This document shows positions 9,283 to 19,285 of a stretch of 64,000 bases of DNA, piece by piece. The notes below the pieces were generated by a model that was not told the DNA's origin, did no database searches, and saw only the letters and a list, made by a program, of their open reading frames with translations. Origin of the DNA: an uncultured Bdellovibrionales bacterium (lineage in GTDB: Bacteria; Patescibacteriota; Minisyncoccia; Moranbacterales; UBA1568); NCBI GenBank assembly GCA_964543815.1, contig CAZIZG010000003.1:17833-81832 (forward strand). Reading direction: 5' to 3'. The position numbers and the translations under genes were made by a program. The stretch's first letter is position 1; every line of letters starts with the position of its first letter.

Positions 9283-9414
9283 TCAACGAGTACGGCGCAC
9301 CATGCGCGCAAACTCGGCGAAATCGGCGAAATCCCTCTTCATTGCCCGGTGCACTGCCGGGTCAAAAGCGGCGGCCACAGCAGCTGCAGCCAAAAGAACC
9401 CAAAAAATCGACAT
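9283..9414 (-). CDS. Small Ala-rich membrane peptide (43 aa), hypothetical
   Basis: MSIFWVLLAAAAVAAAFDPAVHRAMKRDFADFAEFARMVRRTR, with AGGAGAG 4 nt upstream of the ATG. It lies in a 780-bp non-coding stretch that is locally GC-rich. Weak call. Confidence 0.25.
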   Translation of the reverse strand: MSIFWVLLAAAAVAAAFDPAVHRAMKRDFADFAEFARMVRRTR

Positions 9415-9672
9415 GGAACTCTCCTGCGGATGCCGCAACCACCCCCGTGGTGATTACTTGGTGCCATTATACACCCAAAGACACCCTTTGTCAAGGGTAT
9501 ATCCATTATATATGGCTTTATAAAGCCTTTTTATGAGACTTTCCTAAGGGAAAGAAGCGAGAGTCCGTATTCTACTGCAGTCAAAAAAAATGTAGCTACG
9601 GAATACTCACGCTTCGGCAGACTACCCTCCGAGTAGCCCTTCTCAGCCTTCGTATCCCCCACTTACATTTTT

Positions 9673-10842
9673 TTAATTTCGTGACGAAAGAGACCCCCTC
9701 TTCTTTCCTTTGAACGCTATGGCGTCTAATTCATGAAAACGGCGCTGTTTTTCCTCAATAGCAATATCATCCGCCATTCCCCGAGCGGCAGCGGTCCCTG
9801 GCCGTGGTGAAAACCAGGCAATAAAAGTTTTGGCGAAATCCACTCGCCGAACCAAATCAATCGTATCTTCAAAGTCCGCCCGCGTTTCACCAGGAAAACC
9901 GACGATGATATCGGTAGTAAAGACCATATCAGGAATTTTTTCACGAATTCGATCGATGAGCGTGAGATACTCCTCTCGCGTATACCAACGGTTCATCTTT
10001 TTGAGTACAGCATTACTCCCCGACTGGACCGGGAGATGGAGTGTCCGATCAATTGTTTGGTGCCGCGCCATCACTTCAATGAGGGCGTCTGAGAAATCCC
10101 ATGGGTTCGATGAGATGAATGATACCTTCTTCACACCGGGTAGCTCAGCGATATACTCGAGAAGATAAGGAAACAACGTTGGTATCCGATGACGACTCAA
10201 GTGTTTGACCATGATGGGCGCCACTTTCCTTCCATCGGGCAGTTGGTACTCCTCCCCTTCTTTCAGTTTTTCTTGTAAAAAGTCAGCTCCGTACGAATTG
10301 ACATTCTGACCGAGAAGCACAATTTCCTCAAATCCCTGTTCCAGTGCCTCCTTCGCCTCAACCACGATATCTTCAAAGGAACGGGAACGTTCCTTGCCCC
10401 GAGAGAACGGCACGATACAAAACGCGCAGTAATTATTACACCCATTCGAGATAACAATTGAGGCCGACTTCCCTGGCTTCCGCACTGGAACATGTTCAAA
10501 CCCCACTTCTTCCAGTGGCAAAAATTCCGCCTCAGGCAGCCGCCCCGTGAGACGCTTCATCATCTTACCAGAAGGTTCTCGGGCAGCCGCCCCGACGAGA
10601 CAACCAGTGATAACCATCCGCGGAGCCCGGTCACCCAACTCTTGCTTGAGACTACGAACCAATCCATAGATACGCTCTTCGGCTTTGTCGCGAATGACAC
10701 AGGTATTCAGAATGAGGACATCGGCCTCTTTTTGAGATGATGCTAGCTCAAAACCACGTGAACGATAAAAGCGCTCGATGCGTTCCGAATCGGCTACATT
10801 TTGTTGGCACCCAAACGTTTTGATAAAAAATTTCTCAGTCAT
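9673..10842 (-). CDS. Radical SAM methylthiotransferase, MiaB/RimO family
   Basis: 389 aa with an N-terminal MTTase domain (FGCQQN...NTC) and the radical SAM motif CNNYCAFC. The C-terminal TRAM domain is reduced. Confidence 0.8.
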   Translation of the reverse strand: MTEKFFIKTFGCQQNVADSERIERFYRSRGFELASSQKEADVLILNTCVIRDKAEERIYGLVRSLKQELGDRAPRMVITGCLVGAAAREPSGKMMKRLTGRLPEAEFLPLEEVGFEHVPVRKPGKSASIVISNGCNNYCAFCIVPFSRGKERSRSFEDIVVEAKEALEQGFEEIVLLGQNVNSYGADFLQEKLKEGEEYQLPDGRKVAPIMVKHLSRHRIPTLFPYLLEYIAELPGVKKVSFISSNPWDFSDALIEVMARHQTIDRTLHLPVQSGSNAVLKKMNRWYTREEYLTLIDRIREKIPDMVFTTDIIVGFPGETRADFEDTIDLVRRVDFAKTFIAWFSPRPGTAAARGMADDIAIEEKQRRFHELDAIAFKGKKRGSLSSRN

Positions 10843-10865
10843 AGACGTTCACGTAGCGTACGGTA

Positions 10866-11864
10866 TCATTTCTCCGGCGTCAAGACAGTTTCACCAGTTG
10901 GTAAAAGCGACACCGGAATATCTTGAAATGATAGACCTTTGGTCACCTGATTGAACGTCATCTTCACGAGTAGCCCCTGCCTCGTTGCCTCCTCTTCATA
11001 CTGATCAAAGACCAAGTTCCCCAGGGAATAATAGATGGTTTTTCCTTGATACAGCTCCTTCTCCTGTATCACGTGCGGATGTGAACCAATAATGACGTCT
11101 GCACCGGCATCAATAAATGAATGGGCTAATTCTTTTACCTTTGGTAGGGCCGGGACATATTCGGCTCCCCAGTGCGTATAGAGTACGACGATATCAGCCT
11201 CCTGTTTGGCTCGCGCAATATCAGTCAAAGCTTTTTCTTTCCCCTGAAAAACAAACTCGTTATAGTTAACAAGTGCCACCTTTACTCCCTTGATTTCTCT
11301 CAATAAGATTCGGTTGTCTCCAGAAAGAGGCGATCCGAAATATCCCACGTTTGATTGCTCTAAGTACTGCTTGGTTTGGATTACTCCCGCCTCATTAAAA
11401 TTCAAAATATGATTATTCCCAATATTGACGGCTTCGATATGGAAACGCTTCAGTAACAAAGCAATGGAAGGATCAAAGGTAAAGAAATAGTTGTCCCGAG
11501 CCCCGATGAGACTCGTCTCACTGACTGAAGCGTTATCCGTAATAGGGCCTTCCAGATTAGCCACGACCAGATCTGCCCCAACCAGAACATCTTTGAGGTA
11601 AGCAAGTGGATAATCAATGCCACGTTTGCGCAACACCGTGCGGATATAACGATCAAACATCATATCTCCACCAAAGAGAATCTTCACCTCATCATAACGG
11701 GTCGTTTCTACCGACCTGATCCGGTGTTCCTCATGAGATAAACGATTAAACGTTTGCTGTACCGAGATTTGAATCGGGGTTAATGATAGAAACCAGAGAA
11801 CAAGACCAGCAATAAAAAGAATGGAGGTTGTAAAAATAAGACCAACGCCAATTCGATTCATCAT
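10866..11864 (-). CDS. capA: CapA/PgsA-family metallophosphatase (poly-gamma-glutamate synthesis protein-like)
   Basis: 332 aa with an N-terminal TM segment, GGDMMFDR, NLEGPIT, NIGNNH and GSHPHV motifs of the CapA family. Confidence 0.75.
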   Translation of the reverse strand: MMNRIGVGLIFTTSILFIAGLVLWFLSLTPIQISVQQTFNRLSHEEHRIRSVETTRYDEVKILFGGDMMFDRYIRTVLRKRGIDYPLAYLKDVLVGADLVVANLEGPITDNASVSETSLIGARDNYFFTFDPSIALLLKRFHIEAVNIGNNHILNFNEAGVIQTKQYLEQSNVGYFGSPLSGDNRILLREIKGVKVALVNYNEFVFQGKEKALTDIARAKQEADIVVLYTHWGAEYVPALPKVKELAHSFIDAGADVIIGSHPHVIQEKELYQGKTIYYSLGNLVFDQYEEEATRQGLLVKMTFNQVTKGLSFQDIPVSLLPTGETVLTPEK

Positions 11865-12922
11865 ACTCCTACGTTTTGATCGATATTTTTCTCTACAATC
11901 AACTGACCGCAGGCGGCCGCAATATCATCGCCCATGGTACGACGACGAGTGACAGTCACTCCAGCATCCTCCAAACGCTTCTGAAAATCAGCGAAATCAC
12001 CTGGGAGACTATCCCGATAAACACTCCCTGTGAAATTATAGGGAATGAGATTTATCCGCACCTTGCCCACCTGTCGCGCAAAACGAATGAGAGCCTCAGC
12101 ATGCATCCGAGTATCATTCACCCGAGAAAGCATTACGTATTCAAAAGTAAGGTGACGACGACGACTCTCAAATTTCTCAAAATAACGATTGGTCCACTCG
12201 GCTAAACGATCGAGGAATCCATCGTAAGAACTTGGCATGATAGCCCGACGAGTATCACTGTCCGCACTGTGAAGTGATATCGCAAGACGTACCGCCGGCC
12301 AAGATTGGTCATGCAGAATTTTTTCAAGCATTGGGATGAGTCCCACCGTTGAAACGGTAATTCGAGTCATGCCGATATCAGTATAAGTAAGGAGAAGACG
12401 AAGCGCTTCTTTGACGTGATCGTAGTTGGCCAATGGCTCACCCATACCCATAAAGACGACATTGGAGATACGGCCCTCCAAGTCACTACGCTTCCCTAAA
12501 AATTCACGCCAAAACCGTATCTGATCAACAATTTCATCAGCCAACAAATTACGCGTAAAACCCATCGTACCAGTAGCGCAAAAAGTACACGCCATGGCAC
12601 AGCCCACTTGAGAGGAAACGCACACCGTCCAAGCCCCCCGGGCATTTTTCATAAGTACCGTCTCAACCCGTTTTCCACCTGCCACTTCCACTACCCCCTT
12701 GTAGGTATCTTTTTTAGCACTTTCTAAAATCTGCACTTCCGTGACTGATAGCCATGAGAACTCTCGCCGCAAAACCTCGCGCATGGCAAGCGGTATATTA
12801 GAAATATCAGTAAAATCCTTAAAAAGGGGCGAAAAAAGAGCCTCTTCCATCTGACGGAGGCGAAAGGCTGGAGCTCCAGGAAAAAGAGCTCGAAATTTTT
12901 CTGCACGTGAGAGTGGGGACAT
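11861..12922 (-). CDS. rlmN: Dual-specificity RNA methyltransferase RlmN (radical SAM, 23S rRNA m2A2503 / tRNA m2A37)
   Basis: 353 aa with CAMACTFCATG (Cx3Cx2C) and MGMGEPLAN motifs typical of RlmN/Cfr. Confidence 0.85.
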   Translation of the reverse strand: MSPLSRAEKFRALFPGAPAFRLRQMEEALFSPLFKDFTDISNIPLAMREVLRREFSWLSVTEVQILESAKKDTYKGVVEVAGGKRVETVLMKNARGAWTVCVSSQVGCAMACTFCATGTMGFTRNLLADEIVDQIRFWREFLGKRSDLEGRISNVVFMGMGEPLANYDHVKEALRLLLTYTDIGMTRITVSTVGLIPMLEKILHDQSWPAVRLAISLHSADSDTRRAIMPSSYDGFLDRLAEWTNRYFEKFESRRRHLTFEYVMLSRVNDTRMHAEALIRFARQVGKVRINLIPYNFTGSVYRDSLPGDFADFQKRLEDAGVTVTRRRTMGDDIAAACGQLIVEKNIDQNVGV

Positions 12923-12964
12923 AGTTTGCTATTCTACCCCAAATAAGACTCTTTGTCCATCCCC

Positions 12965-13300
12965 TCACTCAAGTTCGGTCCCAGTAAAAACATTGCGTAC
13001 GAGCTTTGGTTTCTCCTCATGTTCTTCTGAACGACTCTGAAGACCCTTCACCGCCTCGAGAAAAGCTCGTTCCTTAAAAACAGTTTCTTTGAAATGCTGC
13101 TCGAGATAGGCTTTCTTCGTCTCAGGACTCCACTGATACTGGTAGAGATTACCGTACCAGACAGTACCGCCGTAGCCCAAAACGAGAAGGAATCCCAGAA
13201 AAAAGAATGCCTTATAATGACGATACCAAAAAAACATCAGATGCTTTCCGGAAACATATTTCTTGAATTGAGGCACTGATGGAAGACGCATAACGTTCAC
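12965..13300 (-). CDS. Small single-TM protein at the end of the pilus operon, hypothetical
   Basis: 111 aa with the hydrophobic segment FFFLGFLLVLGYGG, co-oriented immediately downstream of pilO. Confidence 0.45.
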   Translation of the reverse strand: MNVMRLPSVPQFKKYVSGKHLMFFWYRHYKAFFFLGFLLVLGYGGTVWYGNLYQYQWSPETKKAYLEQHFKETVFKERAFLEAVKGLQSRSEEHEEKPKLVRNVFTGTELE

Positions 13301-13301
13301 A

Positions 13302-14066
13302 TTATTTACTCACGTAGATGACCGTATCAAATGTTGCCTCGAGCGAACCAGGAATCACCTCTTTTTCTGGCGCAGCAACAGAAACACTTGGTTCAGGAGC
13401 GCTCTGCCCAAAAATCAAGAAGGGGTTCTGACCGGGTCCGGCCGATGGCACACTGACAGCATCCTCGACACTTCGTTCGCGGAATTCAAGCCCGACCACA
13501 TCCAAGGCAAACGGTAACGTTTCCATCCTATGAAGAAATGTCAGTATCTCGGGGTATTCACCAATAATCGAGATATTAACCCGCAAATACCGAGGATATG
13601 GGAGCATATCAATGATACCCTCATCGGTTTTAGTCTTCTTTTTATTATCCAACGCCGTTGACGTATCAGTATTACCATCAGAAGTCTTTTCTGACTTCGC
13701 TGGCTTCTTCTCCTGGATATCACTCCCGTCCTTTGAGGTGATGGCGATATGAACGCCCGATCTCTCTGCTAATCCTTCAAGCGTTTTCACGAGATCAACA
13801 ATCTGCTCCTGCGAAAGCAGGATATCTAACGTATGCTCATTTTCCGAAATAGCCTCAAACTGACTCTGGAGCTCCGGCAATTTGTTAATCTGTCGTTCTC
13901 GATTTTCACGGAAGGCATAGTACTCTTGAATACCGTCCGCCTTTTCACGAATAAACGCATGAAATGGCAAAATTCCAAACCATACGATGAGCCCCATAGC
14001 CACCAGTAACGCTATGAGTACCACAAGCGGCATATATGCTCGGTATTGTTTAAAAAAATGACTCAT
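13302..14066 (-). CDS. pilO: Type IV pilus assembly protein PilO-like
   Basis: 254 aa with an N-terminal TM, coiled coil and C-terminal domain. Positioned after pilM and pilN with 4-nt overlaps. Confidence 0.6.
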   Translation of the reverse strand: MSHFFKQYRAYMPLVVLIALLVAMGLIVWFGILPFHAFIREKADGIQEYYAFRENRERQINKLPELQSQFEAISENEHTLDILLSQEQIVDLVKTLEGLAERSGVHIAITSKDGSDIQEKKPAKSEKTSDGNTDTSTALDNKKKTKTDEGIIDMLPYPRYLRVNISIIGEYPEILTFLHRMETLPFALDVVGLEFRERSVEDAVSVPSAGPGQNPFLIFGQSAPEPSVSVAAPEKEVIPGSLEATFDTVIYVSK

Positions 14067-14626
14067 AGTCCCTTAAGACAATCTGGAGTTATCGAAAAAT
14101 CAGCCTGAAAATCAATATTCTTTTGAGAAAATAAGTTAGAAATCGGGATATCCACATCAGTAATGCACTCACCAGCATTCTTCAGATGATCATCAAAAAG
14201 GAGGAGATCCTCTCGTTTGGCTGCCTTTCCAGTCAACGATATTTTATACTCCTTAGTTACCAGATGGCTGATAGTTACGCCCTCCGGGACCAACGGACCA
14301 AGCAAAGTAAATGCTTTCGTAAAGCGAAGATGGAAACGGTCAATTTTCCCAATAACGTCCACGGTTGAATTAGTATCTTTAAACTTCTTTTCGTACTCAC
14401 TCAAACGCTTTTCGTCATCAAATGAAGCCACTGGTGAGGCCTCACCCAAAGCAGTCAAGCTCTTCAATTGGTAGTCCAGAACCAGAAACGTGCTTATGAG
14501 AATACTGAGGTAAAACAACTCAAGCACAAAGAGAAGAAAGAGTTGCCACAGCAGAAAGCGAAAACGGAGACGCTGCTGAATAGCGTCTTTCTTTTCTTCT
14601 GGTAATAAATTAAGCAAAGTCTTCAT
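14063..14626 (-). CDS. pilN: Type IV pilus assembly protein PilN-like
   Basis: 187 aa bitopic membrane protein immediately downstream of pilM (overlapping gene ends), the typical PilMNO order. Confidence 0.6.
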   Translation of the reverse strand: MKTLLNLLPEEKKDAIQQRLRFRFLLWQLFLLFVLELFYLSILISTFLVLDYQLKSLTALGEASPVASFDDEKRLSEYEKKFKDTNSTVDVIGKIDRFHLRFTKAFTLLGPLVPEGVTISHLVTKEYKISLTGKAAKREDLLLFDDHLKNAGECITDVDIPISNLFSQKNIDFQADFSITPDCLKGL

Positions 14627-15704
14627 ATTCGTCCAAACCTCTTAATGCCAAACCGATGGCGGTAGAATATTGCACGGAGCGTCGTCTATCAATAAGCGGG
14701 ATTTCTCGTCCCAATTTCACATTCACCCAAGGATTACCGGATTCAACTGGTCGACCCAGGCGCTTGGTCATATAGGGTAAAAAGCCATTCATATTGGATC
14801 CACCACCGCAAAGCACGATTGAATCAATCGTTTGAGAGTAGCGTAAACTATTGAGATAGAAATCTATCGAACGCTCTATCTCTACCGCCATACTCTCAAG
14901 TACTGGCTCGGCCGCCTTGAGAACTGGACTTTTCATGGCCAGCGACCCAAGACCATGTTTGATTTTCATGGATTCCGCTTCCTCAAAAGAAATTTTCAGC
15001 TCCTTTGATATCGCCTCTGTTACCATCTGAGACGAAAGAGGCACACTCGAAGTAAAGCACGGCGTACTACCAATAGCGATGAGGAAACTCGTCCGGCGAT
15101 CGCCAATATCGACGATGAGCGTGGTATTCTTGTCATTCTTTTCTGCCAAAAGACTGCGAGCCTGAGCGATGGACTCTGTTTCAAGACCAATTACCTCGAG
15201 TCCGGCACTCTCGAGCACCTCGGCAAACTGATCCACTACGCTGCGCGCCACCGCCACCACGAGCACGCTCATTTTTCCTTTTTCCTGAGCAATATCAAGA
15301 TCAAGAATCTGCCAATCATAGTAGACCTGGTCAAGTGTCAGCGGAATATTGGCCTCGATTTCCCATTTAATGGCCTCCTTTACTTCTTCTTTTCCCATTT
15401 TTGGCAACGCAATGATACGAAGGAAGGCTTTTGTTTCAGGCAACGAACAGATGACTTTCTGAGTTCCAATTTTTTTTGGACCCGCCTTGTCCATAAGATT
15501 GAGGATAGCACTTCTGACTGCCTCCGGATTCATAATTTCTCCATCTACCACATTTCCCAAAGAAAGTGGCACCGATCCAAAACTAGCAATCGAATCATGA
15601 TTGCCGGATCGATCAAGCCAGACCGCTTTGATAGAGAGATCGGACAGATCGAGACCGAAAGAGCTCGGGAACAAGTCAAATATTTTTTTACGCAGGATAT
15701 TCAT
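14610..15704 (-). CDS. pilM: Type IV pilus assembly protein PilM (actin-like ATPase fold)
   Basis: 364 aa beginning LDLSDLSIKAVWL and containing CGGGSNMNGF, a pattern resembling PilM/FtsA-like proteins. Confidence 0.75.
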   Translation of the reverse strand: MNILRKKIFDLFPSSFGLDLSDLSIKAVWLDRSGNHDSIASFGSVPLSLGNVVDGEIMNPEAVRSAILNLMDKAGPKKIGTQKVICSLPETKAFLRIIALPKMGKEEVKEAIKWEIEANIPLTLDQVYYDWQILDLDIAQEKGKMSVLVVAVARSVVDQFAEVLESAGLEVIGLETESIAQARSLLAEKNDKNTTLIVDIGDRRTSFLIAIGSTPCFTSSVPLSSQMVTEAISKELKISFEEAESMKIKHGLGSLAMKSPVLKAAEPVLESMAVEIERSIDFYLNSLRYSQTIDSIVLCGGGSNMNGFLPYMTKRLGRPVESGNPWVNVKLGREIPLIDRRRSVQYSTAIGLALRGLDEYEDFA

Positions 15705-15770
15705 CTTCTGTTTTCTTTTTCTTTTACTCCTATCATATCATATCTCAACATCTGAGGGCGATCATCATAC

Positions 15771-17288
15771 CTATTGCTCCTGCCACAAATCCATCTCATA
15801 TTGAGTCCCCGTTGGAAAATACGGTGGCGGGAAATAGAGTAAGTTATTATCGTAATAAAGATTACGGGTGTTATAGCCCCAGTTTTGAACTCCGTTCGTC
15901 CAGGCAAATCCATACCGCTGATTGGTGGCAATGGCACCCTGAACCGTGATAGAATTTTTGTGGTCGGTTGTTCCGTAATCAGCGCGTCCAACCTTCCCCT
16001 GCTGTGCCAAAAGAGCCCCGTCAATCCGTAAGTCCGTGTCGCTTGATTGTGGTATCGTGATATCCTGCTGACCAATAACTCCCAAAATATCACTTCCTGT
16101 GTAGCTGGAGTAAGTCAAATCATTGGCAATATAAACCGAAGGAGAGGAACCACCAACCAAATCAGCAGCTACTACCGTTACTTTCTTGTTACTAATCTGC
16201 CCTTCAAGCCAGACGTTGTCCTCAACAAATATCACACCGTCAGTGGGAATGGTGTAGTTCTGAAGACAAAGTCCGCTGCAGGTTGAGCAGGTACCCGCCC
16301 CTGACGCCCGGCGGTAACCATTGTTAGTAGCAATATCATAGGTAGGGCCGACACCCGTAATACTGGCAGATGCTACACGACAGGTATCAAACGTCCCATT
16401 CGTCTTCAAAATAATCTTTCGACCGACATCATTCGTGAGATTTGCAAAATACCGACTATTGTTAGTCCCCGCCTGAGCAACCGCCTTCATATTACTCAAA
16501 TCACCCAAAACACCATTAAAATCCACTACCGCTTCTGGAAAAGCACGGCCTGCCATAAACACATCCGTCCGATTTGGCACAGTCGCTGGTGGTGCTTCCG
16601 CAGCACGATACGTGTCATTCACACCTACTCCCGGAGGAGCGTTCACGTGAGTATGGACACCGAACTCTACTCCTCCATTATGATCGGGGTCATCGTAACT
16701 TGATACCGAACTCGATACCACATTGTGAGCAACGCCATCAAAACGGATACCCTGATTAGAATGAATCTTTCCATACACTTCCGTACCTGATCCGAACCGC
16801 ATGACATCATTGGCAAGGACGGCACTTTCACTCCAGGAAGGTCGACGGAAGCGTACTTTGATGACACGGGTAACACTTGGATAACGATAGGTCCAGCCGG
16901 TAGCTTTGACAGTGACGATAGTTGATCCAGTTGCAGGCGCTGTCACCTCGAGACGATACTTGCCAATAGGATCACCACCTGGGTCTTTATACTCCACTTC
17001 ATACGGCGTTGCCACTCCGTACGGATTCCCCGTGGCCCAAAAAGTAGCTATCTGCTGAGCGGTCCGACCCTCTACCTGGTGTGCCAAATACCAGCGATAG
17101 AAATGAATGCCAGATTCAGCAATCTGGAAGGCCTGTTCCCGAGCGTGAGTCTGAAGCGAATACTTCGTCTGATTAGCAATAAAACTAATGATGGACGTCA
17201 TGATGATCGCCATCATAAACATAATGACCAGTCCATAGGCCAGTATCGATCCCTTCAGCATTCGGGGAAACTTATTCATAGTCATTGA
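15771..17288 (-). CDS. Large minor pilin / PilX-GspK-like prepilin-type protein (about 500 aa)
   Basis: N-terminus MNKFPRMLKG|SILAYGLVIMFMMAIIM is a basic leader followed by G and a hydrophobic helix, lacking Glu+5 (a GspK/PilX-like trait). Contains a large Gly/Thr/Asn-rich beta-type domain. Start codon ambiguous (17264-17336). Confidence 0.55.
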   Translation of the reverse strand, partial: SMTMNKFPRMLKGSILAYGLVIMFMMAIIMTSIISFIANQTKYSLQTHAREQAFQIAESGIHFYRWYLAHQVEGRTAQQIATFWATGNPYGVATPYEVEYKDPGGDPIGKYRLEVTAPATGSTIVTVKATGWTYRYPSVTRVIKVRFRRPSWSESAVLANDVMRFGSGTEVYGKIHSNQGIRFDGVAHNVVSSSVSSYDDPDHNGGVEFGVHTHVNAPPGVGVNDTYRAAEAPPATVPNRTDVFMAGRAFPEAVVDFNGVLGDLSNMKAVAQAGTNNSRYFANLTNDVGRKIILKTNGTFDTCRVASASITGVGPTYDIATNNGYRRASGAGTCSTCSGLCLQNYTIPTDGVIFVEDNVWLEGQISNKKVTVVAADLVGGSSPSVYIANDLTYSSYTGSDILGVIGQQDITIPQSSDTDLRIDGALLAQQGKVGRADYGTTDHKNSITVQGAIATNQRYGFAWTNGVQNWGYNTRNLYYDNNLLYFPPPYFPTGTQYEMDLWQEQ

Positions 17289-17913
17289 GGTTACGCAAAT
17301 CCACGAACGATTCAATATTGATATTGTTTGGCGCATGAACCGGATCGATATTAATCAAAAGCTTCACTCGAATCATCTGAATTGTCCCGACACTCGCCGG
17401 AGTAGCTAATGGGTTATTGACGGTATCACCTGGATAATTACTGTTGTAATAATAAAATATTGGGTTATCACTTTCATTTACGACGTAGTTAGTGACAACT
17501 GACACGACACTATCGTTGGCCGGATAGGTAACAGGATTGGTCGCTAACGGATTACTCACTCCCTGCTTTAACTGGTCGTTGGCCTGGTCAAGATAGTAAT
17601 GTACCTTCTCCACCACACCATCGTCATCTATATCGCAGTAAAATACCAGATCAAAACCATCCGCTGACTTGATAGGAAAATCACCATTATCGGCCTGTTG
17701 AACGCCTCGTAACTGGATAACAATTTTATTCGTCGCCCGTGAAGCTGCCGACGAGGCCATTCCCTCTTCTAATACGAATTTATTGTTATCCCACATTTTA
17801 GTAAAGAGCAGCGTCATACCCTCCATAGCAAGAAGGGCTACACCAATAGCAATAAGCATCTCAATGAGAGACATGCCGCGTAATGCTTTCCTGGGAATTG
17901 CCAACATATACAT
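17272..17913 (-). CDS. Type IV (pseudo)pilin with a class III signal peptide
   Basis: MYMLAIPRKALRG|MSLIEMLIAIGVALLA, the canonical prepilin peptidase site G|MSLIE with Glu+5. 213 aa. Confidence 0.75.
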   Translation of the reverse strand: MYMLAIPRKALRGMSLIEMLIAIGVALLAMEGMTLLFTKMWDNNKFVLEEGMASSAASRATNKIVIQLRGVQQADNGDFPIKSADGFDLVFYCDIDDDGVVEKVHYYLDQANDQLKQGVSNPLATNPVTYPANDSVVSVVTNYVVNESDNPIFYYYNSNYPGDTVNNPLATPASVGTIQMIRVKLLINIDPVHAPNNINIESFVDLRNLNDYE

Positions 17914-19280
17914 TAGGGAGTCATGTTGATAGTTTTTGTCTGGAGCGCTCCGTTCACACTGGCCGTCGATGAGGCATTCGAGTAACCCGCCATCGTTACC
18001 TCTATATCATAAGTCCCGTCGGAAAGAGCCGGGAGCGAGGTCGGAAAATAAGCAATACCGTACTGATCCGTATTGACTGTTGCATCGTACCCGAGCGTCG
18101 TGTTCGACACGTGGACACTCGCACCTGATAACACGTTACCACTCCCCTGATCTTGAACGGTTATTTTAAGTGAACCAATTGACTTATCGAGAAGTACCGC
18201 AGTAATGTCTGCCGCAGATCCAGCAATAGCCGTAAAACCATTGGCGACTGGACTCTCTGGAGAGAGCTTGTAAAGGTCGTAGTTCGCATTCGTAATCGTC
18301 ACCGTATACTGCCCCCTGCTTTCATCCGCATAATTCGCTTCACCAGAAGCATTGGTTGTTCCAGATTGTGTAAAACCATATACCGTAGCACTCGTCACAG
18401 GATTGGTACCCAGCACTCGACCACCCGTTATGGTATAGCCAATGTTCGGAATTTCTGTTCCGAAAGGATCCTTGGTCGTCAACGTAATATCCGATGCCCG
18501 ATCCATTACCATAGTTTTTTGATTGAGCACATTGGCTACAACAGAAGCATGGACATCAACCGGATTGTACGCCGTGGTAGGATAGGGCGGAAAAGTTGTT
18601 GCTCCATAGTATCCATTTTTTGAAACAGTTAAGGTGTACTTCTGTGTGCCAGCTGGTGCCCCCGGGAGCGTCAAATTTCCCGTTGAGTCGGTCGTACCAG
18701 TCGTATTGATACCAGATGTCGCATTCACAATATGGACACTCGCCCCACTGACACCTGCTCCACTCCCATCCAAAATATTGATGGACAATACCCCGCCGCC
18801 ACTTGACGTTTCCACCCCTTTTGGTGAAAAGTTTCCAAAAATTACGACCGTCTGATCGGTGCCAAGCTCACCCCAAGAGACCGTAATGCGTACCCGCTTA
18901 TAGTCGGTAGGGATAGTGTCCTTCGAAGCACCAGACCCGCCAGATGTCCCGTCGAAAGTATCATCCACATACTGTACAAACGTATGGACCGTGTATTTCA
19001 CCGTATTGACACTAATCGTTTCGCTTTCCGCCAAACTGCCGGCCGGAATACCCGTGGTTGTACCAATGGCCGCATAGTCAATACTACGAATAATCTCCAT
19101 TTTTTGATTGGCAAGCGCCGTTGCCCCCAATCGATTTTTTGATTCAATAATGAGTCGTGTCCCCACTGAATAGGTCTCCACAAAAACCACACTGATGAGA
19201 GCGAACAAAAACAAAAACACCATCGCCTCAATAAGCGTATAGCCGGAGAGTGTTCGCCGTGACCCAAGATGCAGTTCCAT
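17913..19280 (-). CDS. Large type IV pilin-like protein (455 aa) with two Ig-like/CarboxypepD-reg-like repeats
   Basis: MELHLGSRRTLSG|YTLIEAMVFLFLFALISV, a prepilin signal. An internal duplication is visible (SGAGVSGASVHIVNATSG... and SGNVLSGASVHVSNTTLG...). Confidence 0.7.
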   Translation of the reverse strand: MELHLGSRRTLSGYTLIEAMVFLFLFALISVVFVETYSVGTRLIIESKNRLGATALANQKMEIIRSIDYAAIGTTTGIPAGSLAESETISVNTVKYTVHTFVQYVDDTFDGTSGGSGASKDTIPTDYKRVRITVSWGELGTDQTVVIFGNFSPKGVETSSGGGVLSINILDGSGAGVSGASVHIVNATSGINTTGTTDSTGNLTLPGAPAGTQKYTLTVSKNGYYGATTFPPYPTTAYNPVDVHASVVANVLNQKTMVMDRASDITLTTKDPFGTEIPNIGYTITGGRVLGTNPVTSATVYGFTQSGTTNASGEANYADESRGQYTVTITNANYDLYKLSPESPVANGFTAIAGSAADITAVLLDKSIGSLKITVQDQGSGNVLSGASVHVSNTTLGYDATVNTDQYGIAYFPTSLPALSDGTYDIEVTMAGYSNASSTASVNGALQTKTINMTP

Positions 19281-19285
19281 GACCT

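Noticed and set aside
9230-9300. Possible SRP RNA domain IV-like motif (GGUAGCGGGCGGACCAACGAAGCCAGAGGG)
   Set aside because: Only loose resemblance to the conserved GGUCCGGAAGGAAGCAGCC motif. No convincing helix 8 hairpin could be formed.
15701-16093. 130-aa minus-strand ORF
   Set aside because: Overlaps the 3' part of the PilX-like pilin gene in another frame. No support.
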